DNA of 63,493 nucleotides, counting the filler. It is 12 parts of 12 records of this genome, joined end to end, with 100 filler letters (N's around TTAATTAATTAA, not from the genome) between each part and the next. Parts side by side here need not be neighbours in the genome. Positions count along the whole stretch, not along the records: positions 35,910 to 41,109 come from SRR7504441_2386; positions 41,210 to 45,186 come from SRR7504441_2387; positions 45,287 to 51,093 come from SRR7504441_2388; 9 more parts are not named here. One strand, written 5' to 3'. Positions 35,964 through 51,193 of the stretch are shown piece after piece (position 1 is the stretch's first letter; each line of letters begins with the position of its first letter). The notes beneath the pieces were generated by a model. The model had not been told where the DNA came from. It searched no databases and was given only the letters and a program-made list of their open reading frames with translations. The position numbers and the translations under genes were made by a program.

Positions 35964-38900
35964 TCAGTGCACTTTACGACGCTTTGTCGTGCGCGGGTGA
36001 GTTTCAGCGCTGCTTTCCCAAGATTGTTGAATGCATTGTAGCACATCATCAAGCAATACCTCACGATGTTGCTCATCGACGCCTAAAAGAGGAAGCCACC
36101 GACTTAACGATTGCTTGGTCTTCTCCCCTTTTGTCATCCCTTGTCTCCAGACCTCAGTAGGATCTACCCGCTTCGAAAAAGTCTTGTAATACAGCGCAAG
36201 ACCATTAATCTGTACAACAAGGGGACTCGAGTTGGGACCATACTTGTCTTGACTAAGTAGCGCTGACTCCATCTCACACAATTGACTCAGTGTCGGGCCC
36301 CCTGAAGGCCGCATGTGTCCGTTGGTACCAGAATGCGTTGGGTCGTCTGCCTTTTTTGCCTTTTCTACCTTTTCTGGCGAAGGTGCTGATAAATCGACTG
36401 CTGACTTGATTTTAATCCGAGGCTTGGGCTGTGACAGCCCAGCTGCCGTGGAAGCGTCAGCAGGCAATGCAGCCTCCACTTTACACGGTGCGGGCATGGA
36501 TTGAGTCATCTGACCTTCAGCAGGCGAAGGTTCGATCGAGATCTCTTGCTGCTGCGCCTGTTGTGACGTTACTGTATCCGACACTTTTCCAGAGGGCTGC
36601 ATGACTGGTCTGCTTTCCTCTACTGTCTGCACTGGGACGTTCGTTGGGGGTATAGGCTGTGAAATCTCTGTCATCTGTATTCGGAATGGTTGAGGGGTCA
36701 TTGGCATTGGTGCTGCCTCTGTTCCACGGACAGCGTGTACAGATTCTGGTGGGATCAGTGTCGCATTCATTCCTTGGTGTCCTGGGAGGGTGTTTGTGTT
36801 GCATATAACAGGTGCAGTAGTGAGTATTGGCTGGGCAGTAGATCCATCTTGTGCATGGGGCACGCTGATTGATGGAGCACTGCCACCCACACGTTGCAGT
36901 GCAGGGGCATTGATCATCTGACTTGCGAGGCTTGATTCCTTCTGTACATGGCTATTTGTTGGTTCTAATGGAACGGTTGAAACTCGATTGAACATGACAT
37001 TGCATCCTGAACTTTTCGAACCAGCAGGGATCTGCTGCATTTCTCCGCCGCCGTGTTCACCAGCTGCCATCTGTGCAAGCTGCAGGTGTGCTCCAGGAAT
37101 CATGCAATCGAGTCCTTGTCCTGATGGCTTTGGAATCATCCTTTGATCAATGTAATTGCTAGCTACTTGATGCTCATTCACACCTCCAGTTGTAGCCATA
37201 GCCCCGAAGTCAGTGCCTTGCTCATGTCGCCTCCGCTTCTGTGCTCGCTCCCAGGTTGGATCTCGCCCGAGCTGTGTGAATGCTGTGTTGGCAGCTGCAG
37301 GCTGTCCATGGCCACTAGAGTAGCCACCAAACGGAGGAAACTGTCCTGAGGTCTCCACATTTTTGGTTCTTTGTTGTGTCTCGTATACTTGTTGTGTGTC
37401 GTACCGGAGCTGCGATGAAGTAAAATTTACTAACACTGCAGGACCAGGATGGGTCGGTAAGCTGTAGGGCACTGTGGACTGTAACGGTGGAGGTTGGTGG
37501 CGCATATGTTGCGGTGCGCAGTATCCAAAGCCCTCTGAGGATAATCTATTTGGCAGGGGAACACCTTCCGCCATTCCAGATACAAACTGACTATGGTACA
37601 GGACCGCCTCTTCGGATTGCACTATGGGTAGATCTATGGGATTGAGGCCGTAGCCTGCTCCTGAGCCATTACTTGCTGCCGGATGCTGATAATGCATTCT
37701 TGGGTCTGCCCGCTGGCTATGCAGCATTGGCATGGCCATCATACCCGCCGGGAGGGCATTGCTGAGCTCTGAGTCTGGTCGTACAAGGCCATGCGCACCT
37801 TGCCAGCTGTCATGATTTCCCATCTCTGGCGCAGCATCTCGGTAAAGCTCTTTGGCCTGTGCTGGCTCACCTGGCTCTATTTTAGGCTTCCCTGGATCGC
37901 CAGCTGATGCAGCTGTTGGTTCTGGGGCTGTGGAAGCTGGAATGTCACCAGCTCCATCTACTTGAGGCAGCTTCTCTCCCGTTGGCGCAATGGCTGGCTC
38001 GTCTGCAACTACTACTGGCTGGCTAGGCCTTCTGCTTTCTTCAATCAGCAGCACGGGTGCATCGCCTGGAGACGCAGCTTCATCGCTCCCAAGCAAGGTG
38101 GCCTCAGCTCCAGCTGTATCTACAGTCAAACCAGGCACATTTGCCGCATCTGCCACCTGATTTGGTGCCTCTTCGACTACTTGCCTCTCCTGAAACACTG
38201 CAGGAGGCCCCTCCTGTACTGCTGCAGGAGCATCTGCTAGGGTTGGAGCTTGCAGATTCCCAGGGGTGTGCGCCCTGCCTGCTCCCAGCTCCACCTCTGG
38301 TATCTGAATAGGCTCTGCATCAATTTCTGCTGGTTCATCTACCGCCTCTGATCCAGCAGGGTTCTGTTGCTCTGTGACTGGGTGGACAGCTGAATCGCCT
38401 GCGTGATCTGGCTGCATCTGTTCTAGTGTTGCCCCTGCTGCTGCCTCAATAGGTTGGCTCGTCACTGCAACGCTCTGGGGGATTGAGCCTTCAATGGCAG
38501 ATGAGGCCTCCGGCTCCTGTGCAAGTTCCTGCTCTTTGAGTTGCTTCTTCTGCAGCTCTCGCAACTTTCTCTGCTCACTCTTGCGCTGCCTCTTTGCCTC
38601 TGCTGCCTCTTCCCTCAATGCAGCTTCAGCTGCAGCTGCTTCCTGGGCTTGCAAGAGTCCCTGCTGTCGATGTGCCCGCCTTGCTGCTTTTGTTGCTTCT
38701 TTACTGGCCCTGTAAACTTGGCATTGCTCTTTTGACAAAATCTCTGGCCTTCGCTGCCGTATTTGGGGCGTGAGCAGCATCGGAACATCTACAGGGACAC
38801 CCCCTACCATCTCTTGCTTGGTGTGAAACCATCGGTGTATACTATTGGCTGTGGGCATTGACGTGTCATAAGTACCCACAATCAGCCCGACAAATGGAGC

Positions 38901-41109
38901 AATCCCACTGTTCGTGTCCATCATCAGTGATTGGTAGTTTGCCTGGTTTTGTATGTCTGTGATTGAAGGATCGGGCTGAAACACTGGATGTGAGTGGTAC
39001 CATCCAATGACCTCCAGCTTTTGAGTTGCAATCACCTCACGTACATGCATCTCTGACGACGGGTCCATTTCCACGTCTGTCATCCCATCCCAGCCACAGC
39101 TTTCAGCAGCACGGCATGGGAACGCTGCCTGAATATACAAAGTGAGAGCCTCTGCGTCCCAGCGACCTCCAAGAAATCCAATGACTTCAGCATCAGCTAA
39201 GTGCGCATGGAGGTCACAAACAAAGCACACCTCAGGCATCACTTTGATTTGAAAAGGCTGCTCTCCCACCTGCAATCCGCCCCGTCGGCTTGGCTGCGCA
39301 CTCGCGTTTCCGTTGGAATAAGGTTCACACTGCACCATGGTGTGTGCATCAGCCACTCCAGTAAGCAGGGCCTTGGCCAATTGGGCAACCCGCAGTGATG
39401 CAGAGTGCGCTCGCTGACTCGAGTCTCTCAGTCTATTGACCGAGTACTCGGTTCTGTTCTTATCCTCGTCGTCCTCGTCACTTGAGCTTTCATCAGTAAA
39501 GATCTCGTCTTGCCACACACCGCGGTCCGAAACCAAGTCCACTCGAGGATCAATCGTGACTTCCCCAGCTGGCACTTTCTTTGAGCCAGGGAACAGATGT
39601 CTTGAAAGAGGCGTCGGTTTGCTCCACAGATCTTCCGATTTTGGAGAGCTTACCTGCGCCTTTGTACGAGGCCTCTTCCTCTTTGCAGGCTGCTGCTGCT
39701 GCTGCTCCAACTTTGCCTCTCGCTCCCTTTGAGCCCTCTCTCTGCTGAGCTCTTGAGCCCTCTCTATGCTGGCCCTCTCTCTTTCTTTCCGCTGGAGATG
39801 CTCTTCAACCACTTTGGCTACCATTGCATCCCGGGTCCTCTTCTCACGTTGGAGTGCGACGAGCTCCAGGCTGGGCACGTTCAGCCGAATCACATTCTTC
39901 TGCTTGGGGACCGGCTGCTTGATCGGCGCCTTGGATGACGGCGCGACCACAGAAGCACGCCCGTCCTCCTTGAGTGCGGCTTTGGCTGGGCTCTCCTCCT
40001 CGGGGGCCTCCGCCTCCGGTCGGCTCGGGGCCACAAACTTGCCTGTAGAGAAGCAATCCAAACAATGCTCGCCATAGAACACACTTGACCAGGCGCTGTA
40101 CGCATTCCGGCCCGACGCTCGCACCCCTCTCACGTGTGCCACGAAGGCCGACACGTCGTCCCACTCGCCGGATTCAAACTCAATTCTCCCATTCTCTAGA
40201 AGCGACGCAACCACCGTCTGCTCTTTGTGAGGAATGGTCAGAATGTCCTTCGCTGGCTTGATCACGCCGTCTCGCACCAGCGTCTGCAGCGTGATGGGCT
40301 CAGCCTCCACCAATGCCCCAACTTGCTGCTCGGATTCAACCTGCTGGTTCCGCTTCTCCTGCCGCCTCTGAGCCTCCCGTTCCTTCCGGACATCCCCAAG
40401 CTTGTCCAGGTCGTGACCGTATTCTTCAAAGTCTCGCTGCAGCTCCTCGAACAGCAAGCTAGCCTTTGCTCCCACCTCGTATGGCTCACCTGTGGCAAGA
40501 TAAAGCTGGTGCAGCACGACAGCCTTGGCAAGCCCGCTCGAATTCCCCTGGAACACCGCAGGGTGCCGCGCCAGCGCCAGTTGCTGCTTCACCGGCCCGT
40601 CGGGGCACATCTCCCACGCCTGGTCGAGCGCATTCTTGACGGGTTTGCCTTGGTTGGTTGGCATGTGTCGTATCCTGCGGACAGGAGCGTACCAACCCGG
40701 CTCGGCCGGTTCTGCTTTGGCCGCAGGCGACTGCTTTGCAGACTTGACACTCGCTGCCCCGGGTGACTGCGCCGGCGGCTCCTGCTGCTCTTCTGTAGCC
40801 TCCTCAGGCTCTGCTTTGATTCCTCCAGACGGCGCGGGCTGCCCCGCTACATCTGCAGGCTCACCTGCTGGCTGCGCCACGGCAGCCCGGGCAACTGGCT
40901 TTGCCTGCTTGGCCTCCTGACTCGTACTCTTCTGCTCAGCTGCCGCCTTTCGCTGTTTGGGACCGCGCTGGACTGGCGGCGCCCTGCTGGAGCCAGATGT
41001 TACGGACGCCCTGCTGGATCCTCCAGTTTTAGCTCTGCTCGCCCCGCCCTTTGGCTGCGATACGCCCTTTTTGGCAGCGATCGCAGCCGCCACGTCCTCC
41101 TCCGTGTTG
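35964..41109 (-). CDS. MPND: MPND-like protein (RAMA domain plus MPN+/JAMM domain), 5' truncated
   Basis: ITLQTLVRDGVIKP...SAF...AWSSVFY (RAMA), DLHAHL..EVIGFLGG...GWYHSHPVFQPDPSITD (JAMM), C-terminal YYKTFSKRVD..VW...KxxxSL. 1709-aa uninterrupted ORF. Confidence 0.8.
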
Positions 41110-41209
41110 NNNNNNNNNNNNNNNNNNNNNNNNNNNNNNNNNNNNNNNNNNNNTTAATTAATTAANNNNNNNNNNNNNNNNNNNNNNNNNNNNNNNNNNN
41201 NNNNNNNNN

Positions 41210-41233
41210 CCCTACACGACGCTCTTCCGATCT
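41210..41233 (+). other. Illumina TruSeq adapter remnant
   Basis: CCCTACACGACGCTCTTCCGATCT is the 3' part of the Illumina read-1 adapter and sits at the contig start. Confidence 0.97.
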
Positions 41234-45186
<3,953 letters not shown>

Positions 45187-45532
45187 NNNNNNNNNNNNNN
45201 NNNNNNNNNNNNNNNNNNNNNNNNNNNNNNTTAATTAATTAANNNNNNNNNNNNNNNNNNNNNNNNNNNNNNNNNNNNNNNNNNNNTTGACCGGTGTGCC
45301 TACTGTGAGGAAGATCAAGGCGAAACTGACTCAAACATGCACATGTACGGATAGGGGCCTTACGAGTACTCGTACTCTGAAGTATGGGATTGTACAAGCA
45401 TGCATGTACAACGCATACGAGTACCCGTATCAGTACTAAGCAAATCAGGATGTGATATAAATACATTTATTCGTGAAGTCGAACCTAGGCCACATAACCG
45501 GAGGGGAGGGGTCAGGATGTGATATGATTTTG

Positions 45533-47008
45533 TCATAACTGTGCACGATTGTGTCCTAAACTGTTATGAGACGCTATGCAAGCCGGCAATTGTTGCAAGA
45601 AACTAGCCACACCGACTCGATCCCCTACGGCTTGCAGCGCCACCGCTTCCAAGTAGTTCCCCAGCCACACGTCTCGCGTGTCTCCCGGAAGCTCCTGCAG
45701 CTACACGACCAAATCAAACCCCAACAGTCAGCTGCAGGCACCAGCTTGGCTGCCTTGGTCGCAGCTTGCTCAATCTCAGCGCTCATCCCTACCAGCGAGT
45801 GTGCGCACGCATCCCCGCCACCCTCCAGCTCGCCCTCCTCCACCAGCCCAGCCCAGCGCTCACTGTACAGCGCCCGGGCTGCCTCCACAGCGGCTGATGC
45901 GCCCCCAGCGGCCGCACGGAGAATGGACGAGAGCAGCAGGACTCCACCCACAGGCCCGAGCTCGCGTGGCAAGCCGACCCTGAACAGGTCCGAGGCCAGG
46001 TCGGACTGGGCTGCAGCTGTCCAGCTGTTCACTCCTATCGAGCCCCCGGGTGAGGTGGCTATTGCTTCGTGTAGCCAGAGCGGCGGTATGTACAGCAAAT
46101 CCTTCGGGCCGAGCTCGGCCATCACCGCGCTCGGGTGACCCGCAAGCCGATGCTGCGGGCGCTAGAATCAGTCCGGCCTGAGCAAGCAAGCCCACCTGGC
46201 ACTGAGCGTGCGACGGGTGCAGGAAAGGGAAAAGCTTGAGCTCTGCGTGAGCCGACGGCGGGGCCAGCCAGAACTGCTTAGTCCCACGCACCTGCCGCCT
46301 GGATGCCCGGGGCACCGGCCAGCTGTGCACCTGGACCACGAAGTTGTGGTAGCCGTCGTAGTGGCACGGCGCCACCGCGCCCTGCTGCCCGAGCCAAAGG
46401 TTGACGGAGCTCCTGCGAGGGTCCAGCACCAATAGCTGCTCGAGTGGCGACAGGTCCGACTCGAGCCGGCTGCCCACCTCGATCTCGGTGCTCAGGTACA
46501 CGAACCGGGACCGGTTGGGCTCGGCGTGAACTTGGCGCACCAGGCTGGCCAGCGGGAGTGGGACTGTAGAGTACCGATGCCTGGGACGGACTGCCCCCAA
46601 CCCGGCCAGCGGCCGCTTCGGATCAAAAAACGGCCCAAACACGGCGCTCCCGGGCTGAATGTAGGCCTCCACCGAGCCTGGGACCGCCCGGGCTAGATAC
46701 TCCCAGCTCCAGCGCTGGTGCGCCGGCCACAAGTCTGTCTCGGCACCACGAAGCACCACCGGCACCCCGCCGGCGGCCAGCTCCAGGGCGAAGGCGCGGC
46801 TAGGGCTCCATTGGCGTACTGGGACGCTGCTGTGCGCCGGGGCAGGAGCCGGGCCGCTCTGCCCTGCGGCGGGCTCTGCAGGCGACCGAGCAGCCCACCC
46901 GGCGAGCAAAGCCAGCACCGCGAGCGCCGCCACAATCCCGCCAGCTGCTGCAGGCCAGGACCGCCCGGCGGTAGCTGGTGTCTGCTTGGGACGCTGCTTT
47001 TTCGCCAT
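45533..47008 (-). CDS. JmjC / cupin_8 2-oxoglutarate oxygenase with N-terminal TM segment
   Basis: PVVLRG..WPA..RWS, NLWLG...CHYDGYHNFVVQ|VRGTKQF, LGPKDLLYIPPLWLHEA (HxD...H). Confidence 0.88.
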
Positions 47009-47104
47009 CCACAGTCGTCTGGCACAGCTGAGGAGCTCTGGTCGACCCAACGGCAAACGGCAGCACTAGGCCACTACCGGCGGGCGTCCACAAGCCAGGC
47101 CGTG

Positions 47105-47746
47105 ATGTCCTACTACCGGAAGCTGGCCCAGCCGCACAAGGTGTTCAGCGACTTCGTCAAGGCCGAGCCCCCGAGCTGGCGGCCAGCCATCGCCACGGCC
47201 TACTTGTACCGCGTCTCGCCGCTGGCAATCACGCTGGCCGGACTGCAAATGTTGTGGATCAACGGATTAGAGCAGCTCTACGCGCACGCCAGCTGGTTCC
47301 CGTGGTGGAGCTTCTGCGCGCAGTGTGTGCTCCAAGGCTTCCTCTCGTACATGGCTGATGTGCACACGTTCGGCCGCTGCAGCGGCTGGAAGGTGGCAGA
47401 CTGCGCCGGTGCGACGTTTCTGACAATAATGTCCACCATCATCCCGATATGCCAGTTTGGAGGGCTGATGACCTTTCCGACGGATATCTCGCTCTTCTTC
47501 TGTGCCACTGTGGTGGCTGCACTAGTGTGCAAAGTCCAGGGCTCCTCCATGCTGGATCAAGGTGAGCCAGCCACGGATCCGTGCGGCAACTGACCGGCCC
47601 GGTGCTGTCCAGGGCGATTAGACCCCAAGAAGCCCGGCTGTTGCGAGGCATTCATTGCTTGGCACTGCGGCTGGCACTTTTTCATACCTATTGGCAGCTG
47701 CGTCTCTAATATATGGCTTAGTGCGAAGGCGCTCGACCAAGGATAG
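47105..47746 (+). CDS. Small multi-pass membrane protein, CREST-like motifs
   Basis: TM segments with LSYMADVH, KVAD and a spliced C-terminal WHCGWH. One GT-AG intron starting at 47562. Confidence 0.5.
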
Positions 47747-47982
47747 CCAAGTATTTTCGATTATTATACTTGAAGTACGCAAAGCGTATTGTAGCGAATT
47801 GACAAGTTCTCGAGCCAATTGAAAAAAAAATTAGTTAGTCATCGAGCATTTATCAAAGCTCGTACTAACTCATTCTATCGTAATTTTTCACGACTGCGCA
47901 ATGGCAGCAGTGATCGTGGATTTTAGCTCTACCGTAACACCTGATGTTTGAGCGACATTTCAACGAGGAATCAAAGAGTCGA

Positions 47983-50900
47983 TCATTTGATGTAACTAGG
48001 CGCACGATGCCTCGTCGGTTCCTCGTGTACTGGAATCGCCGCCGAGGTCGGAACCATTTGCATGTCGACCTCGTCTCTCAGAGACTCGTCGTGGCCTCCC
48101 ACTGCTTCCTGGAAGCACCACCACGCCTGCAACCACCAATCAGACCAACGTTGCCCAGTGCCAGCACCCCATATCCTGTGAACCCCACGCCGAGCAAGAT
48201 CGCAACTCCAATAAAGAACCCGAGCATTATAGCGTTTCCGGATACTTGATCATCACTGAAGCAGTTAGGCAGCTCTTCAGCGGTTTTGGAATCAGTCGGT
48301 GCCTTGCTCGGGGCGATGCTGGGGCTTAGCGTTGGGAACGGCGATGGACAAGCTGCACACTCTGGGCACTGCTCTGTCGCCGCCCGTAGCACACGCATGT
48401 CTGGATCCACAGGTGCACCTGCCAGCCCAAGAAGTCAAACACAGGCCACAAGGGTAACGCTGCCTGCAAGCTCGACCAACTCGCCGTTGTCGATCGCTCG
48501 CTGAAGCGCCAGCAGGGCTTCATGTGCTGCTGTGGTGGTGTTGAGCATCACGGTCAAGCTAAAATCCACGATTACACTGCCATTGCGCAGTCCATTGATA
48601 ATGCAGTGCGTGTCCCTAGCAAGCACAGTGAGACTGCTAAAGCTTTAGGAGCGGCAACCATCCAAGGCCACGCTCGAAACTTTCGACGTCACGCTCAAAC
48701 TGAGTGACGAACTCGTAATAAGCGGTACTGCTTTCATCCTGGACCTGTTCAAGCTCGGTCAAGCGGCGGTCGAGTGCAAAGTCACCTGGTCATAGCTGAT
48801 GTAACCTGTCAAGCGAACTTGCCCAGAGGCGTGGCTTCGGGCAAGTGGAATCAGTTGAGTCGGTGCCTGGGACGGTCCAAAGTTCTCTGGGCCATCCCCG
48901 CCATCGGGGTCGCTGCTTGGGAGCGATGTAGGGGCACCTGTTCCCTGCAACAGCTCTGAGAACGTATTCTGAGGCGCAGTTACCATGTTTCCATTCCATG
49001 AGAGAACAACGTACCAGTTGTGCGGCGGAGAGTCGACATTGTAACGAATCCAGGCCTCAGAGCTCGGAATCATTAGGTCGGCGGTGGTTTGATTCGTCTG
49101 GCCCAAGGTCACCAAGGTCGTTGATGTTTCGTGTGTGAAGCTGTCGACCACTTGGTATTCAATCACCTGTGCCGGTCAGTAAGACTTGGCTTCAATCACA
49201 GACCTACCAAACTGTCCTCGGCATCTTCAATTTCAGTCAAGGGGCGCCATTCGATTGAGAGTTGAATGTGTGTCACGTCCTCGAAGTTCAAGTGGATCAT
49301 GCAACTGCCTGTCCACCACATTGGCCCGCGGCTACTGCTGAGTGTCATGCTAGATGCTGCCGAGTCCTCGATTTCATAGGGCACCCCACACTGCAACTCA
49401 TTCGTGCACTGCGCAGTGTCGTCTTCCATAGTCATCCAACCTGGATCACAAGTGCACCCGCCATCTGGGTTGCAAGACCCGTGGCCGTTGCAGCCCTGTA
49501 TGACATTGGTGTTTTCAGTGACAGTCAAGGTGGAGCCTTCACAGTCATCATCCACCGGGAACCAACCTGTGGTGGGCGGCTTGGCATTGCAGTCGCCACC
49601 ACACGAAGCCTGGAACACAGGCCGCAGGCTGAACGCAGTAGGGCCGAGAGCCACACGGACAGCAAGGTAACAGATATCTGGAGACTCATTGCCTTCACAC
49701 ACAAATTGGGCATCCTCGCCATTAAAGTAGGTGCTCACGACGCCTTCATCAGAGTACGCATAAGTTCCATCGAGTACAGCCATGCTGCCGCAACTAGTGC
49801 TGACCATCAGGTCAGGAAACTGCGGTGGCTCGTTGCTACAGCGCTCCATTTCGTCAGCAACCAGGTGGCAGCGATAACCAAAGAATCCCTCATCACAGCT
49901 ACAGTATCCGTGGCCTGACGGGTTCTCGTGACAAGTCCCATGGCCATTGCAACCACCAACACAACTAGTGGCGCGGAAAAAGGCTCGAAACCCATGCTTC
50001 TGTTCCGAGCCATCGGAGGTGAACCGCACTTGCATCTTGTTGTTCCGAGAGATAATCTGCGGGATTTTCAGGTCCACACCGGAATACTCTTCAATGAGAC
50101 TCCCACTGTACACGCGCATAAAATCATAGTTCTTCTCAGTCGAAAAATAGTCAAAGTCTAACGTCACAGAGAACCCATCCTCCACCTGCCAACCCCACGT
50201 GTGAGGCACGGTGAAATGGCTCTATGTGGCAGCACACCTCCAGATTCCAAACGCACGCCATGTCGCTGCTGTAGGCAGTATCAAGGCCTTTCCCTGTAAT
50301 GTCGCCACTCGCTGGCATCCGTGTTGTCTCGATTGTCTTCGACTGATCGCCAGTCACGGCTAATTTCAATCTCCCACCACATGGACCAAATTCGCAAGCA
50401 GGACCAAATCGCTCCTTGTCACAGTTACAGCGGCCAGTCTCCTCAACACAGCTACCAGCGCCAGAGCAATTCATTGGACACGCAGCTGCACCACACGCTG
50501 GTCCAACAAACCCTGGATCGCACTGGCATTGCCCAGCGATGCAATGCCCGTGGTCGCTGCACTGGACGACTCCGGGGCACACCGATGGCACCAGGCCATT
50601 GGTAACTTGCATACCTGACACAATTGGCTTGCCTATGTGAAAAATCATGCAAGGCACCTCCTTTGCTAGAAGAGATTATCAGCGCAAAGTCTTGTGAGGT
50701 GTAGTTGGTGGGTGTTCGCGCAGCATTCATTCTCACCAGCACATTATACGCCGCAGCTGCCGCCTTTTGGTTCAACACAACCTGCTCTTGGTTGTTGAAT
50801 CCGTCAGGTTGGTCGTGAGAGTCGTAAAGCCCCGCATTACCGAGAGAGGCCACCCCGCTGCTGGTGTCTGTGACTGAAAGATCCAGGTCGTGCACCAGCG

Positions 50901-51093
50901 GGTGCGCCGCTGCAGGGTTGCCTGCAGGGTCTGTCCATACCAGAGTGACTTTAAAACGGGCGCCAGCTGGGACCACGACATGGAGATGGTGTGCTTGATT
51001 GGGCTCGAGTGCTGGTCCTTCCATTGCAAACAGTGAGCACTCAGTTGTGTGCGACGCTAGGCAGAGTGTGTTGCTCAGATGGATCCTGCCATA
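47983..51093 (-). CDS. Membrane-anchored subtilisin (S8)-like protease, C-terminal part with EGF and CUB domains; 5' truncated
   Basis: YGRIHL at the contig edge (end of S8 domain), KVTLVWTDP..LVHDLDLSV..NNQEQV (KP-43/TagA-type beta domain), tenascin-type EGF repeats, CUB (DFMRVY..VRFTSDGS..GF), C-terminal TM. Confidence 0.75.
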
Positions 51094-51193
51094 NNNNNNN
51101 NNNNNNNNNNNNNNNNNNNNNNNNNNNNNNNNNNNNNTTAATTAATTAANNNNNNNNNNNNNNNNNNNNNNNNNNNNNNNNNNNNNNNNNNNN

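Noticed and set aside
41210-41233. Peptide end KIGRASCR / RSEERRVG
   Set aside because: Translation of the Illumina adapter, not genomic
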